From Anthoceros angustus (Eukaryota > Plantae > Anthocerotophyta): a stretch of DNA of 64,000 bases. Both the position numbers and the translations under genes were made by a program. The notes under the pieces are model-generated. The model had not been told where the DNA came from. It saw only the letters and a list, made by a program, of their open reading frames with translations, and ran no database searches. Below, piece after piece: positions 1 to 13,779 of the stretch. The first letter of the stretch is position 1; the number at the start of each line of letters is the position of its first letter. Location of the stretch: NCBI GenBank assembly GCA_010909165.1, contig MU008168.1, positions 310,001 to 374,000 on the forward strand, given 5' to 3'.

Positions 1-1436
1 ATATTTATATATATTATATAAAATTTAGAATTATATATTTAATATATATTTTATATAAAATATAAGAATTCCGAATTTTTTATTTCCCAACTATTCCAAA
101 AATTAGAACTTATGTACAATGTAACTCATGGTTTTTCGGATTTTCAAGCGATAATACTTATGAGAAAAAACTTATTAGAGGGATGAGTATAGCTTATTCT
201 ACAAGATGTAACGACGTGCAACACTAGATATTTTTTTAGTATATAACATTAGATAAACTGCAAATTCTCATAAAAAAAAGACAAAGGATAAGGGAGCCCA
301 AAGATCCTTAACCTAAAACTAGAGTAATAAGGACGTACTTACCTACAAACCAATCATTCAATAATCAGTTTCTAAATTGTAAAAAGATGTGCAATGTCCA
401 AGTCCCCTTTGAAGAAGGTAAGCAACCCCTTTTTGCACTCTATTATGATTGTATCCACCTGAATCACAATTCAAAATGGATTCAAACTCAACGACGGACT
501 TCTGTAACTCGCTCTTGCAATAAACTTTCCCCTATGATACCAGAAGTGGCCTTTTTCTATAGAGATATTCTCGGTATTCATCAAAAATATTTACAAGTCC
601 GTTTAGAGCACACGCAAAAAAAGGGGGGGAGAAAACACCTACAAATCTAGCAACTCTATCAAAAGATGAACAACGCACGCCAAAAGTAATCCTGTCGAGG
701 CAGATTTGATGGGTGAGGGAAAGGAAGAATGGTGTGGGCTCAACCATATTTAGCGTGAGTGTGAATGCAAAACGTGAAAAAAACATATGTGAAACTTGGT
801 AAAGGTGCATTTGGTCAGCCTCATGTTCTATTCTGAATTGAAATAAGGTCTCACAATGAAAGGTGTCACAGGGAAACATATTGAAACAAGGTCTCACGAG
901 GAAAGGTCTCACAGGGGAAATCCATATGCCCCATGAGCGTCGATTCAGAGTCTAATTGTAATTCATTGTGTACTTACTAATGGTGCCGGTGGATTACAGG
1001 CTAGCTATTGCCATTTATATGTATCCTTTGAGGTTAACTCAATAGCTTTTGTGTTGTTTGCAATCACTTTTTGAACATAGTCTAGCAACAATCATAAGCT
1101 ATAGAACCGATTGAAAATTTTGAAAGGGCTCAAGATGAGCTTGCATATTATTAGGATGATAGTCTTCAAAATAAATTTTTAGATAATTTAGTGCTACAAG
1201 CGAGTGTCTCATATATATTCAAATTGGTATTATTCTTACGCATATCTCCCGCTTAATAGATAATATGTCCAGCTCGTTATTATGGTACCAATAGAGGATA
1301 AAATACAACCATGAGAGTTTTCAAGAAAAAAATACAACCCTAAAGTTAGCTATCATTAGTAAACCTTAACCTTTTCTCTTATACTTACCTATCTTTAATC
1401 ACCTCAATGCAATCTAAACTATTGATACCCCTATCT

Positions 1437-2261
1437 TTATGCTATGAACCCTGAGGGAGTCTTTTTTGCAAAAAAAGCATTTCCTCTTCTGTAAAATGTA
1501 TCCTTGACAATAGGCTTTCTAGCATGGGCTGGCTTAGCATAGTTATATGTCTCTACGCCTGTACCGTATTCCTCATATGCTGTTTTATAACCCCAACCAC
1601 TTTCTTTTTTAAGATGAATATTATTGTTATTGTAAGCTCCACGATGTGGGCAATAATACGTTTGTTTGTGACATCTATAACAATGCTCTGTAGTTGCTAA
1701 ACCAGCTCTACCTATATCATACAAATATTTAGGTCCATCAAATCGTGTTGGGACTCTATGCATATCAAAACTAACACCTTGGTCCTTTAGACGTTTAGCA
1801 TCCATTTCAATAGTTTTCTTTGCATGTTTTTCCTCAAGTAGCAATTGTTCACGATATTGGTTGGTCCTAAGTGTATTGCTAAATTCATCTCTTTTAGAGA
1901 AATCACTGGTCCAAAAGCCAAGCTTTTTATCTTGGCCAGAGTCAACATATCGACTTGATGAAAAGTAAGGATCTCCATCAGCAATCCAAGGATGAGCGTT
2001 CTCAAAAACTGTGTCATTAGTCTGAAATTGAATTGTTTCTGTAAGACATGTTCCTGAACCCCATTTTGCAGGTGTGGTCATAAATTGTTTTCCAATGAGT
2101 TGTGATGGTTTGGTTGGTTTGACCGGGTAAGGTAGAGGGTCATCTTCTGTACCAACATCAATATAGCTTGTAATCTCGAAAACATCTCGCAAAGCCCTTT
2201 CAGTGAGCAATCCATTATTGATGCTAAACCCATGCTTGTGGTTGAAAAAAGTATTAGACAT
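1437..2261 (-). CDS. Intronless cilia/flagella-associated protein (CFAP96/C4orf47-like)
   Basis: 274-aa ORF in AT-rich DNA. Motifs VFEITSYIDVG, GKQFMTTPAK and KKLGFWTSDFSKRDEFSNTLRT resemble algal/protist axonemal proteins. The exact orthologue is uncertain. Confidence 0.55.
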   Translation of the reverse strand: MSNTFFNHKHGFSINNGLLTERALRDVFEITSYIDVGTEDDPLPYPVKPTKPSQLIGKQFMTTPAKWGSGTCLTETIQFQTNDTVFENAHPWIADGDPYFSSSRYVDSGQDKKLGFWTSDFSKRDEFSNTLRTNQYREQLLLEEKHAKKTIEMDAKRLKDQGVSFDMHRVPTRFDGPKYLYDIGRAGLATTEHCYRCHKQTYYCPHRGAYNNNNIHLKKESGWGYKTAYEEYGTGVETYNYAKPAHARKPIVKDTFYRRGNAFFAKKTPSGFIA

Positions 2262-3042
2262 CTTTGTTCAAATTTTGAGTCTAAATCAAATAATAAAAAT
2301 TATTGTACCTTGGATCTATCCAGATCATAAAGATTTTATTTCACAGATTTCACATGAGAAAAACACTATGGAACATAAAATCAAAAAACTAATTCATGCA
2401 TAACAAACACAATTGTAATCAATTTCCAGATGAATGGAGTTATATCAAAACTTAAGATCAGTTGGTAAATGACTTATTGTCACTAACTTCATTCAATCTT
2501 TTACTCCATCATAAGATAGCCTTATGCTTGATAATTTTTGACAAAAAATGTTTAGTTCAACCATCATTAAGATACAAGGACTAGCCATAAAATTTGAAGT
2601 CTCAAAGAATACTTGAATAATTCTCTCACAGCTTCACAACTATATTGGTTAATGAAAATATATATATATATATATACATATGTGAGAAAATTCTATGAGT
2701 TTGGTATCAAAAGATTTGGTTTGGTTATATACATAAGTGATGTATGGACAACAAACAAATAGATTGATCTATGTTAAATAAGATTGTTACAATCATAACA
2801 TACAATTCCGATTGGCTCCATGTATTTAGGACTAATACATAAACCGACTAATACATACACATGTTTTTTAACTTCACATAGTACAACATCTGCAATATTT
2901 GGATAGGCTCCTTGAATTTAGGACGCATTGACTTAATAGTACTTAAGGACACATTGACTCAGAACATTAATATTACTACATATGTGAATCTCACATATGT
3001 AGTACTATTAAAGCCATCTTCACTACCTTTAACCCGAAAAGG

Positions 3043-3812
3043 ATGTCGGAGTCATTACTCAATCTTTTGAATTCCATTAATAGCAATATCAATGATGCAA
3101 TGGTCGGTATACAAGACTATATTAGTTTTACAATTCAGGTGTGCATTTCATGTAATTGTTCGTAGTATTTCGTAAAGAGGCCCCTAAGTCCATAATTTTG
3201 TTTCCAAGTTTATGACCTGGCTTATGAGAAAATATAATTCACACACGAAAATAAAAAATAAAAATATTAACTATATATATATTAAAATGAAATGAATTGT
3301 GACAGAAATCATATTACAAATGTGGCTACAAATGTTGTTGTGATGACATGTCTACTCAACAGCAGCTACAAAGATGTTTAGATGATTGCAGTACACCTCT
3401 CCAAAAGGCGAACACTATTATTGATCATGAATTATCACGATTCCAGGCAAAACAACAACAACAATAATAATAATATACAATAAATGGCTAGGGAGTATAG
3501 AAAATAAAATTTCATAGAATCCCTAGACCTTAGTTTGATGTCTTTGTAGTGGAATCTGATGATGGTATTAGCCAATTTGACATTAAAATTTAAACGTGAT
3601 CAATAGCTGTGCAGGAACATTTACAACAAGGTCTAATGGCTTGTAAAGAACAAATAGAAGCCAAAAATATCATGAGTTTAGATGAAGGAAATAAAAACGC
3701 AGTAGATAGATGTATGGAAGGGTGTGCTCGAGAGCATATAAAAAGTATTCCAAATCTAGCAGCTACTATCAAGTGTGTCATCTCAAATGAGCAATTAGAT
3801 TTCTTTTGTTAA
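3043..3812 (+). CDS. FAM136A/DUF842 family Cys-rich protein, 3 exons (3043-3138, 3306-3446, 3615-3812)
   Basis: Spliced frame reads MSESLL..ISFTIQ|KSYYKCGYKCC..CLDDCSTPL..ELSRFQ|EHLQQGLMACKEQ..RCMEGC. The Cys pattern and the ELxRFQExL motif fit DUF842. Intron 2 needs a GC donor. Confidence 0.8.
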
Positions 3813-4735
3813 GAATAGTGTTTTTACTTTTGCATTAGGTTATAAGTATTTTGTTTTTGTATTGGTCGGTAACATATTAGAGCTTGATGAGATTATATAT
3901 TTTGGATTATCTTGTAACAAATATTTAGTTTTCTTTCTTCTGGTGCAAAGTTATCATACTAAACTTCCACATTAATTATCTTATTGTATGTGTGATGACA
4001 GAACTTTACTGCAAAATCATTGCAGAGATAATATAGAGCAATGAGTTGATCTATCTTATTTATTATGGAGATGGAAATTTTAACACTTCTATAGTCAATA
4101 GAGCAATGACTTGACCTATCTTATTTATGATCCAGATGAAAACTTCTACAGTTCTAGATTCACTAGAAGGTTTTGTAGGTATGTCAAACGCCAAAATTTT
4201 CACAAGTTGATGAAGTTCTCATCACATACCATAGTACTACGTTGAGAGGTTTTGGACGAAACTTGCTCCAAGACATAAAATTATTATGTTATATTACAAG
4301 CTTTGATGGATGATGAGCAATTTTCTTTTTTGTGTTCCTGGTGAAAGCTTTCACCATTGTAAGTATTATATACAAAATACAAGGCTACAAATTTTTTAGC
4401 TAGTAATAGTTGGATATCTTATCAATACTTTTTAAGAGTACATTTATGTAATGCTATTGGAATTAAAACACATAGAATGAAAGTATGGTAGTACATGTAG
4501 GGCATAATGTATATTCAAATCATGAGGGTATTGGTTCAAGTCGAACTTCGATTATAGTACAAGGAAGATTATGCCTTGAAAAGCTAATTAGCTTATTACA
4601 AAACAAAACTTGCTAATTTGTGCAAAAACTTGTTACATACTCTTCTCTGGTGCTCTTTCAGAAAAGATTTCCTATGTTGATCATAGTGATTATCAGTTTC
4701 CAATTGACACATAAGGCAAATTTGAAGAGCATTGT

Positions 4736-5982
4736 CTACGAAGAGGTAATAACCTGAATCAAATGTTCAAAACTTTCATGCATATTTCGAGCTGATTTTT
4801 CACTCTGCTGACGAAGAAAGTTTGAGTGTTCTAGTCTTGTCCTAAAAAACATATGTAAATTTTAATATATAATTTAATGTTATATCAATTTTAAACTAGA
4901 AATGAATATAGTTAAAGAAGGAAGAAGTCAAACTTATTTTCATCAAATACAACATAAAAGGTTTGCCTCACAAACCAATGATGTGCCACGTATAACATTA
5001 ACCTTAATGAGGTGACTTCTCCAATCAAAGTCTGAAATTTGTTTTTTAGCATTTCCAATTCTCTAGATTGATTGTTTATTTGCTTTTGATCTGAAATGTT
5101 GGATAGGAATATTTGTACCACTATCTTAAATATATTTTAATATTTTATAATTAAAGAAGTACTTACAAATTTGGATTTGATGCTCGGCAATATCTTTGCC
5201 TAAAACCAAGTCTTCAATAGCACTTAAGCTCATACCTAATGAAAGAAGAGCATACAATAAAGTTATGATATCTAAGCATAATTAATGAATCTAGAAAATT
5301 AACAAATTTTCTTACATGAACCTCTAACACTGACGCCCATATGCAAGCTCTCATTTAAAGAGGCATCCTTGTGCATCATTGTCTTTTCGGCAGATATTGG
5401 AATCATTTGTAATGTATACAATTCCAAATCCTCTATTGCCAAACCTAATGTCCTAGAACACTCTTCTCGTACTCTATTTATTGGAATCTCAACATATGAA
5501 GCCCTTCTTTTAGGTGTTGTTGGATTTGAAGTTTGTGTTGGGCTATCAGGACTTGAGATGGAAGCTCGCTTCTTGGTACCAGCTTGGAGTTGAACTTTAG
5601 TAGTTGGTGATAATTTCTCTTCTTTATATTCAACATATTCCCAATCAGTAGAATGATCAAGTTTTGTTGTAGTTGCTCCTTTTTTAGCTCTTTCTTCAAG
5701 TACGGTTCCATTTGATCGCTTACGTCTTCGAATTCCTTGAGTAAAAAAAAGTGTGTTCCCTTTTTCAACTTGTTGCCTCTTTTCAGGACTTGATGCCCTT
5801 CTTCTTCTAGGTGTTACCTTTTTGTCACCGGTAGTCTCCAACGAATTACTTTTCCACAAGTCATCACTAACAATAGAATCTGTTGGGTTGTGAATTGCAA
5901 ATGGAGTTTTGCAATCCTCTGCTTTGAGGTTATTTTCTAGAGAAACTATAGAAAAGCCAGGAGATAATATTGAAATATTCAT
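4736..5982 (-). CDS. Hypothetical protein, 4 exons, disordered basic N-terminus and coiled-coil C-terminus
   Basis: The 227-aa ORF joins three downstream exons (~5236-5167, ~5121-5003, ~4841-4736) through GT-AG introns that keep the frame, ending ..FEHLIQVITSS*. Confidence 0.6.
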
Positions 5983-8000
5983 TTCATAAAAAATTCAGCT
6001 TTCCATATTTAATGCAGGAGTGTTTATCACACTATTTGAACTTAATCACTTGAACTAGTGTAACACACTTTCAACCTCAATGTATCAAGGTATGAGAAAC
6101 TTGAACACCTATCCATCTCTAACATCCTTTCGTAGAGGAACTATAAGAGGATTCAATTGAGCAATATACACGATAGCCCACCTGCAGATTAAAATTTTAA
6201 TTAAAAAATAATTCAACAAAATAATTATTGAATGAAACCACAAAACATTCCACTTGTGTAAAAGTCTTTGGTACTCACATAAACCAGAGCCAAAAACAAG
6301 CTAAATAGATGAGAGTTCGATGAAGCCTGTGAATATGCAAACAAAATATAATCATGCATCAATGATTCTTAGAGTACATCATTCTAAAGAAATTATCATA
6401 TGTGCTGCAACACACGCTGATATTGCAACTTACATGTTTTTTGCATGTCCTCTATCACAACACAGCTTCACACTTATTGAACTTACAAACCCAATCACAA
6501 AGAATGCAAGAGAGGACATTACAAAACCCATGACACAAAGGTCAATCTCAACTAAGTTATGACCTATAGACTTGGTGTTTCTTTGATCTAAAAAGACCAC
6601 CTATGTATTCACATGGTGCTATTACCTAGTCACTGTTTAGTTTACACCCTTTAAAAAATTATACTTTTAGTTTAATAAGTGAATAATTATTATATGATTA
6701 CTGATATTCATCATCTTAACTTGCATAGCATATGGACATCTAGAAGGGAGTAAATTAAACAGTTCATTCTCCCTTATAGACCATGCTTATATGTACCTCG
6801 AATACAAGACTAACAAGAAATAATTTTAACTAAGGTCTATATAAGTAGATAATTGTCAAAGTCTTTGAACTAGAAAAAAAAAACATATCACTTTTGTCCA
6901 TGCAAACATGGGCTCGAAGTTATGGTAAAGTGTCTGCGGATGGACTTGGACAGCAGCCGGGTGGAGCTGACTTGCATTTTCTGCCCTTTTTGGTAGGGAC
7001 GAGGTATGTCCGCGTCGACATTGCACATAATATATGTTCAATATTTCTTGGGAAAAAAAGGGTGAAAAAGTGGAAAAGGTGAAGAAGAAAGCGAATGGCA
7101 CGCACGGACCAATGTCGCCCCGTGCACATTTGTATTGCGAGCTGCCGGAGTGCAACGTCCGCTTCGTGCAATGCTGAAGCTGTCGGCATCACGCGGGGAG
7201 GCTCCAATTGCGGGGCGCGGGCTCCTGGGGGGACGTCTCGCACCTTGATTGCCCTCGTCTAGGAGCAGTCCAACCTGACCATACCTCCCGTCCGGCTCAT
7301 GCACCAGCCAGGCCAGGGACCAGGATCACGTTCCTCGCAGCAGCAGACTGGAGCGCGTCCGTGGAGCTGCAGCTCGGCTGGGATCCCGTCTTCCTCGTGA
7401 TCCCTATCGGGGAAGGCCCAAGTCCAGGAGCGGATGAGCCGGGGGAGTAATTTATTTCCAGCCCCGCGACATTGTCGTCCTCGCTGTGTGGAAGATCGAG
7501 CCTCGGTCCCGGAGCTGCGCCAGATCGTCGTCATTTTTGCTCATCGCAGACGAAAGGGGCTCGCCGCTCCCGGGCTGCATGGCCGGGACGTTGGAATTGC
7601 TGTGATTGTTGCGGACCGGCCGTCCGATTGGCCGGTGCGGGAGGAGCGGCCGGGATTCCGGCCTGGTGGAAGGAGAGGGTTTAGGGGCGACGTGAAGGTA
7701 AGCTGGCTCTCGTGCTGTCGCGTGGTGTTGCGTTTTTGGCTTCGCCGAGACTCAGTTGCGTGCATGGTGGATTAGGTCTTCGGTGATGAAATCCGGGAAT
7801 CTGAGCAGCGTGGACGATTGACGTTTTAGTGGTGGCTGTAACATCGCTCTGCGGGACGGGAGGAGTGTGTAGCTGGGATACATTCGTGGCGTTGTACTAT
7901 TTTTCGTGGCCGGGGCCAAAGTTTAAGTTATTTCAAAGCCTGGACGGAGCAAGCTGCATTGACCACATATTTATCCTTAGCGCGTGGTCAGGGGGTCGAT

Positions 8001-11000
8001 ATGGAGTCCGCAGTTGGCAAGGAAAGAGTTTGCATGAATCGCAGGTGCAGCAGCACGTCCAGTTCGAACCGATGGAGGCCCGGATGGACGATGTCCACCG
8101 GGCAGGTTGCAGACCTTTGTAATGCCTGCGGGTAAGTATGCTAGTCTGCTGTAGCTCAACGCTGGCCGTGCACGTCGAGTAAAATATGCCGTGTGTGTTT
8201 TTTCTGTTGGTGTCAGGTTGGCCTTTGAGCAGTCCAGGTTCTGTGAAGCGTTTCACTCTGACGATGCTGGTTGGCGTACTTGCAACTCTTGTGACAAGGT
8301 GCGTGTTTGTTTTGTGAGTTCTCGGAGAAAGTGGCAATGGGGTACTAGATTATTTTTTTGAGACATGCAGTCGTGTCTAACTGCTTGTGTTATGGTTTCA
8401 GAGAATACACTGTGGGTGTGTTGCATCTCTGAAGTTGTATGCATGCCTAGATACTGGAGGCGTGGAGTGCAAGGGCTGTATTGAAAGTAAAGGCGTTAAT
8501 CAGACATTGGTACTAGTTCCTGACAGCCTCCTGCAACTTGTTGCAAATCTGAAGTCATTTGGCTGAGTATGTCCTGTGGATGGACACTTACTGACACGGC
8601 TCATTTTGTCTTGAAGCTGCAGCAGTCCCTTCACAACCTAAAACTCCTAGGCTCGTTTCAAGTATCAGAGCAGGGCACGTATACGCATGGGCAGCCTCCT
8701 GCGGATGAAGGTGATCATGAAAAAGGTCCTATTTACAAGCCGTGGCCTTCTAGCCACACAGCTGCATTTTTGGGAAGCATACGCAGAGATTTACGGATCA
8801 ATAAGAATGATATTGACCTTACAGGCGAAGGAGATCTGGTAGAATCTGCGGGTACTGGAATTAATCTTTCTAGAAGAAACCTAGGGCTGCGGGTTGGGGG
8901 TGCTTCACGAGATGTCCTCCGAGCGGATTTAGCTGTGGATGCAGAAGATGCTCTGGTTGCCGTGGCCTCAGATTTGTCACTACATGAAGACCTGAGGTAT
9001 GGTGCATCAGACTGTTCAAGGCATAGTGACTCATTTGAGAGGAATCGATCATCTGAGGAGTTTGATGGGATTACAATTGGTAGGAGCCTGAACCTAGTAA
9101 ATGACACGCCTGGAGCAGGCATAACCGAGTCCTCACTATTGGCTGTTGATGTGCACGGAAGGGATGCTGCCCGTGAAGCCACTCAGCAAACAGGTTCTTT
9201 TGATCTCTTGAGTACGGGGAGCCTAGGCCAATCTAATGGTGAGGCACAAGATGACTTGCGATTTCCAGGGGTCTTCCGATCAAGGCCCCGTCAAATAGCT
9301 CCTCGTCCATCAGGTCCACGTTTTGAAACGAGTCCTGGAGATGGGCAAGTTAGAGCAGCACGTCTGCCTGCTGAAGGAAGGGGACGTGCCCAACTCCTCC
9401 CCCGCTACTGGCCGCGCATTACTGATAAGGAGCTTCAGCAAATTTCTGGTGCTGGAGAGTATACTTCCTGTGTGTCTGTTTCAAGTTACTTCACTTACAC
9501 ATTCATTGACTTGTCAGCCATTTTGTTGTTCAATCTTCTGTGCCTGCATCTGCTAGCTGTTCGCTATGTCATAGGTGGTTTCTTTCCTGCCATACAGTGG
9601 AACGATGAATGTCTTTAATGATTCATAGCAACACAAAAACAGTTACACCGCTGTTTGAGAAGGTACTAAGTGCAAGCGATGCGGGCCGCATTGGAAGACT
9701 TGTCCTTCCGAAGGCATGTGCAGAGGCAAGTTGGTGTACCCAGTCCGCCTAATGAAACTTTTCTGAAACTTTTATAAGTTGTTTCATGTGCCTGCTCGTT
9801 TGAAATGCAGGCCTATTTCCCACAAATCTCCCAGCCAGAGGGGGTTCCGATGGAGATTCGAGATGTTAGCGGCAAGATTTGGAGCTTCCAGTTCCGGTTT
9901 TGGCCAAATAATAACAGCCGTATGTATGTTCTGGAAGGCGTCACACCCTGCATCCAGAATTTGCAGCTGCAAGCTGGTGATACAGGTAGGATTGTTATCA
10001 GGTAGTCTTCTGATAGCTTTAGAGTTGGTTCAGTTGCGTTGATACCAGAGACAAGTCCATGAACACCTTGGCATGTCCCGTCAAGACTCTAGAACCAGAG
10101 CGCATGACAAGGATACAGCCCTGGCGAGATCAGCATACACTGCAAACCCCTCTTAGTCCTTAATAGAGACAGTGAGATTGGATGAACTTTTAGAGGAGTA
10201 GTGAGACTGCACAAGGTCATATATAGAGTCGTCATGGAATGGCATTGTTGTAACTGACATGAGGCCTATGATTCAGTGACTTTCAGCAGAATGGAACCTG
10301 GTGGGAGGCTAGTTATGGGATATAGAAGATCTCCAACCTCTGCGGCATTCCTGCAGGTTAGTTCTGAACTGGACTCGGCTGAGAGGGTATTGGGAGAGTT
10401 TGGTTTGGCAAATCTTAGGATCTGTCAAGTCCTTGTAGTTGAAGTTTGGCCTGGCATCAAATTGTCTGCACTTATTTCATAGTGGGGTTATTGACTTGCA
10501 AGCCTTATAAGCTGTTTATGGTTGCAGGATCACATAAATCTGGGATATGCTGGGGGAGATGCAGCAGCTGCTTTTCCTCAGAGTCTTTCAGAAGGTCCTC
10601 CTGGGGCCCACGTGAATGCAAAAGCTCCTGAGGCTGTTTATAAGCCACCAAAAGTTGCAAAGAGCCAGGAAAGATCTCCAGAATCAGCAATGCTCCAGCA
10701 ATTGCTCATGGTTGATTGGAAGCGTGCCAGACCTCTGGGCTCTAAGACTAAGAGGCTTCGCATAGAGACCGAAGACTCCGTGCAGTTGAAGAGTAGCTGG
10801 GAAGAAGTCCAAGACCTGTTCAGACCACCTCCCTCTTGTGCCCCAAACATCGTCTCTATTGAAGGCCACGAGTTTGAAGAGTATGAGGTGAATGCTGTGC
10901 ATGAAACAGAAGTTCCCGTCACTCTGGTTTTTCGTCACAGTATAAAGCTGATGTGACTTTTATGTGTCCATGCCACAACTCGTACAGGAGCCTCCAGTTT

Positions 11001-12838
11001 TGGCAAAGAAAACAGTCTTCACACTGCAACATTCAAAATGGTTTTCATTCCACCTCCTTATTCGAGTGACCCTAAGTATTGACTGTTCCATGCTTTTTCA
11101 ATTCTGATCTGTGGAGATATGACGCATGGTGTTCACTTCTTTCTTCTCCAGGGCAGGAGAGGAAGCAGTGCAGTGCAATGATTGTGAATTTCCTCACATG
11201 TAAGGACGTGGGCTCGAGTATTTGCAAGCCCTAATAACGCTATTTAAGCCTTTTTAATTTAATGCATGTGCTTGTGTTCTAGGGCGGAGGATCAATGGGC
11301 ACAATGTGAAAATTGTGCAATCTGGCGCAGAGTTCCATCAGATGTTGTGATATCATCCAGATGGACCTGTTCGGAAAACCACTGGGACCCGGAGAGGTTA
11401 CCACCTCTTCAAAGCCTATGTGCGGGGTACTTTGTCCAGATTATTTGTGTTCTCCGCCTTGCTAACTGGTCCTGAAACTGTATTTGGCAGAGCTTCGTGC
11501 AGTGAGCCCCAGGAGTTGACTAATGAGGAGATTGAACAGCTGTTGCTTACTACGGGTAAGTCAGTCATATAATTCTGCAGGCATTGTAAGTACTTTTAGC
11601 AAATTCAAGTTATCCACAAATGACTAAAAGTCAGTAGGTTTGACTACCATGGTGTGGAAATCGTCTGAAGCCATGTCTGAAGTGAGAACTTTGCTGATAG
11701 TTACGAAGTTCATGCATGGATTTCAGGAGCGGAATATATGAGGCAAGGTGTAGATGGAGCTGTGGTTCGTGAGACAACTGCCTTAGGACTGGATGCGTTG
11801 GCTGATGCTGCTGCCTTGAGGGAGGAAGCAGTTGCTGTTGGGGCTATGCCTGTGTCGCCCACATCACCAGTCCGCACCACCAAGCACCCTCGGCACAGAC
11901 CTGGTTGCACCTGCATCGTCTGTATTCAGCCACCAAGTGGGAAGGGTCCTAAACACAAGCCCAATTGCATATGTAATGTGTGTGTGACTGTGAAAAGGAG
12001 GTTCAAGACTCTTGAATTGCGGCGCAAGAAGCGTGATATAGATGTGACTCACGTTCGAAAAAGGAAGTCCTTTCAGTATGGCAGAGATGGCGGAGATGGA
12101 GAGCACAACAAAGTGGGCACATCAAAACTGTCCTTCAGGTCCTCTGAAAATGGCAGCTATGATAGAGTGGGGCCTTTGTTGCAGGAATCCAGTTTACCAG
12201 TCGTACAAGGGGGCAATTCCTCAGGAGTCAGTCGGAAAGGTGCAGACAGGAGCAGTCATGTTGGTCTCACTCGAAGGGATGAACTTGCGATCAAGATGCC
12301 ATCAGTTAGGCTGGAACTAAGGTCTGAAAAACCTGCTGCTGGATACTCGAGATCAAATCATGCAGGTGATGAGGAGGGCTCTTGGAGGTCTAGACCAAGT
12401 GAGATAGACCTCAATATGCAACCAGATGCAAAACATGAGGAAATGCATGATAAGGCGGAGAGGGGCAGGGAACGAGACCTTGGGAGTGGATCAGCCTCAG
12501 GGTCTCTAAACCTTTTGGAAGTTGCAAGGGAGGGCCATGTGAAGCACACAGTTGCAGGACCGTTTTATGGCTCTTCATCAGATGGGAAATCCATGCATCC
12601 ACCGTTACTGGTCTCAGATGGGAGCAACACTAGAAATAAGGTGTCATTTGAAAAGCTGGAGCATCGAAGTTCCAGTGGCAGTGGTCCTGGTGAAGGGAGT
12701 AACAAGAACTTGCAGAGTGGTGAAGCTACGTCCCGGCTCTCTGCAAAAGGCCCTGACTCCGATCTGGGTGTTCAACAGGGAGGTCAATTCGCAGGGTCCA
12801 ACTTCTCAAATACCCAATCGATGGACACAGAGTGCTGA
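8001..12838 (+). CDS. VAL: VAL/HSI2-like B3-domain transcriptional repressor (multi-exon)
   Basis: N-terminal PHD-like finger ([16 protein letters not shown]), [13 protein letters not shown]3 domain ([49 protein letters not shown]), CW finger ([14 protein letters not shown]), [22 protein letters not shown] and an EAR-like IDLN. Confidence 0.95.
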
Positions 12839-13420
12839 TCGAACTATATTATATACTCTACAACTGCAAATGACAAGTTGTATATATTATGCAATTTTTG
12901 GGCCTCCTAAGTACGGGAAAGAGGTCTCTTAGATGCTCTTTGATCTGTCTCGTGTCTTCTCGAACTTGTAAGCCATGTGTTTCGAGTTATTCTCTGCGTT
13001 TTTTGCCTTATGAAGTTTGTTATGCATGAATTGTAGTGATGACCGTCTGTCAGCATGTGCAGATATTCGGTTCAGTGAGGAGGCGTTGGAAGACGGAAAC
13101 TTGAAATGACGAGATGGTACGCAACTATGCATGGTCTGTAACGTGAAAATTGAGTTCGTCAGTCGAGTTTAAAGAAGTGTGATAAAGTATAATTAAATAG
13201 GAGAAACTTCATTCGATTCCTGCCCGATTGTTGGGAGATTTGTAGTGTCATTGGTTGAGTTATGGCCAGTCATGGCCAGTCTTGTACTTGTACCACATCG
13301 ATTCGCCGATACTCTTCATAGGGATCTGCTTTTCTCGCTCAAATTCTAGAAGAGAATTTCTTACACGGCATGCGCCGTTTGGAGCGCGACATAATCTCGG
13401 CATTCACAATTTCACATTGC

Positions 13421-13515
13421 GTTAGGCCTAAATATCGGTTCGCCAAGGTACGGCCTGGCGAACCGACATGCCATGCCATGAGCATGGCCTTCCTCTCCCT
13501 CTCTCTCTCTTATCC
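13421..13515 (+). repeat. Left TIR of the MULE
   Basis: Reverse complement of 44499-44600 with few mismatches over ~80 bp, extending to ~95 bp. Confidence 0.9.
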
Positions 13516-13542
13516 GTGCCAACCCGCGAGCTACGGTTCCGT

Positions 13543-13599
13543 TGCCCGATTGTCGTGGCACCCCGCGCCATGCCCGATTGTCGTGGCACCCCGCGCCAT
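13543..13599 (+). repeat. 28-bp subterminal tandem repeat x2
   Basis: TGCCCGATTGTCGTGGCACCCCGCGCCA occurs twice, with a degenerate copy near 13515. Confidence 0.8.
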
Positions 13600-13779
13600 A
13601 CCGCCGCCTTCGTTTGTTTGATTGAGAACGAGAGCGGAGAGAGCGCTCTGCTCAAAGGAGGGCACACGGTAAGAGTTGAAAGACCGAAGGCTGGGGAGGA
13701 TGCACGTATATTGATCGTGCTCCAGCGATGGATGAGGTTGCAGCGCATTGTCCTTTGCGATTCGAGGCACGGTGGAGGG

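Noticed and set aside
387-920. ORFs 387-650 and 532-912, and four AAGGT(C/G)TCAC motifs at 845-912
   Set aside because: No recognisable domain or splice support; the motif cluster is too short to interpret.
6856-7775. Short overlapping ORFs upstream of VAL
   Set aside because: This is the GC-rich promoter and 5' UTR with an intron (~7698-7980); no protein motifs are present.
13468-13515. Shared N-terminus MPCHEHGLPLP of the ORFs at 13468 and 44552 as protein homology
   Set aside because: It is simply the translation of the identical TIRs, and use of these ATGs is unsupported.
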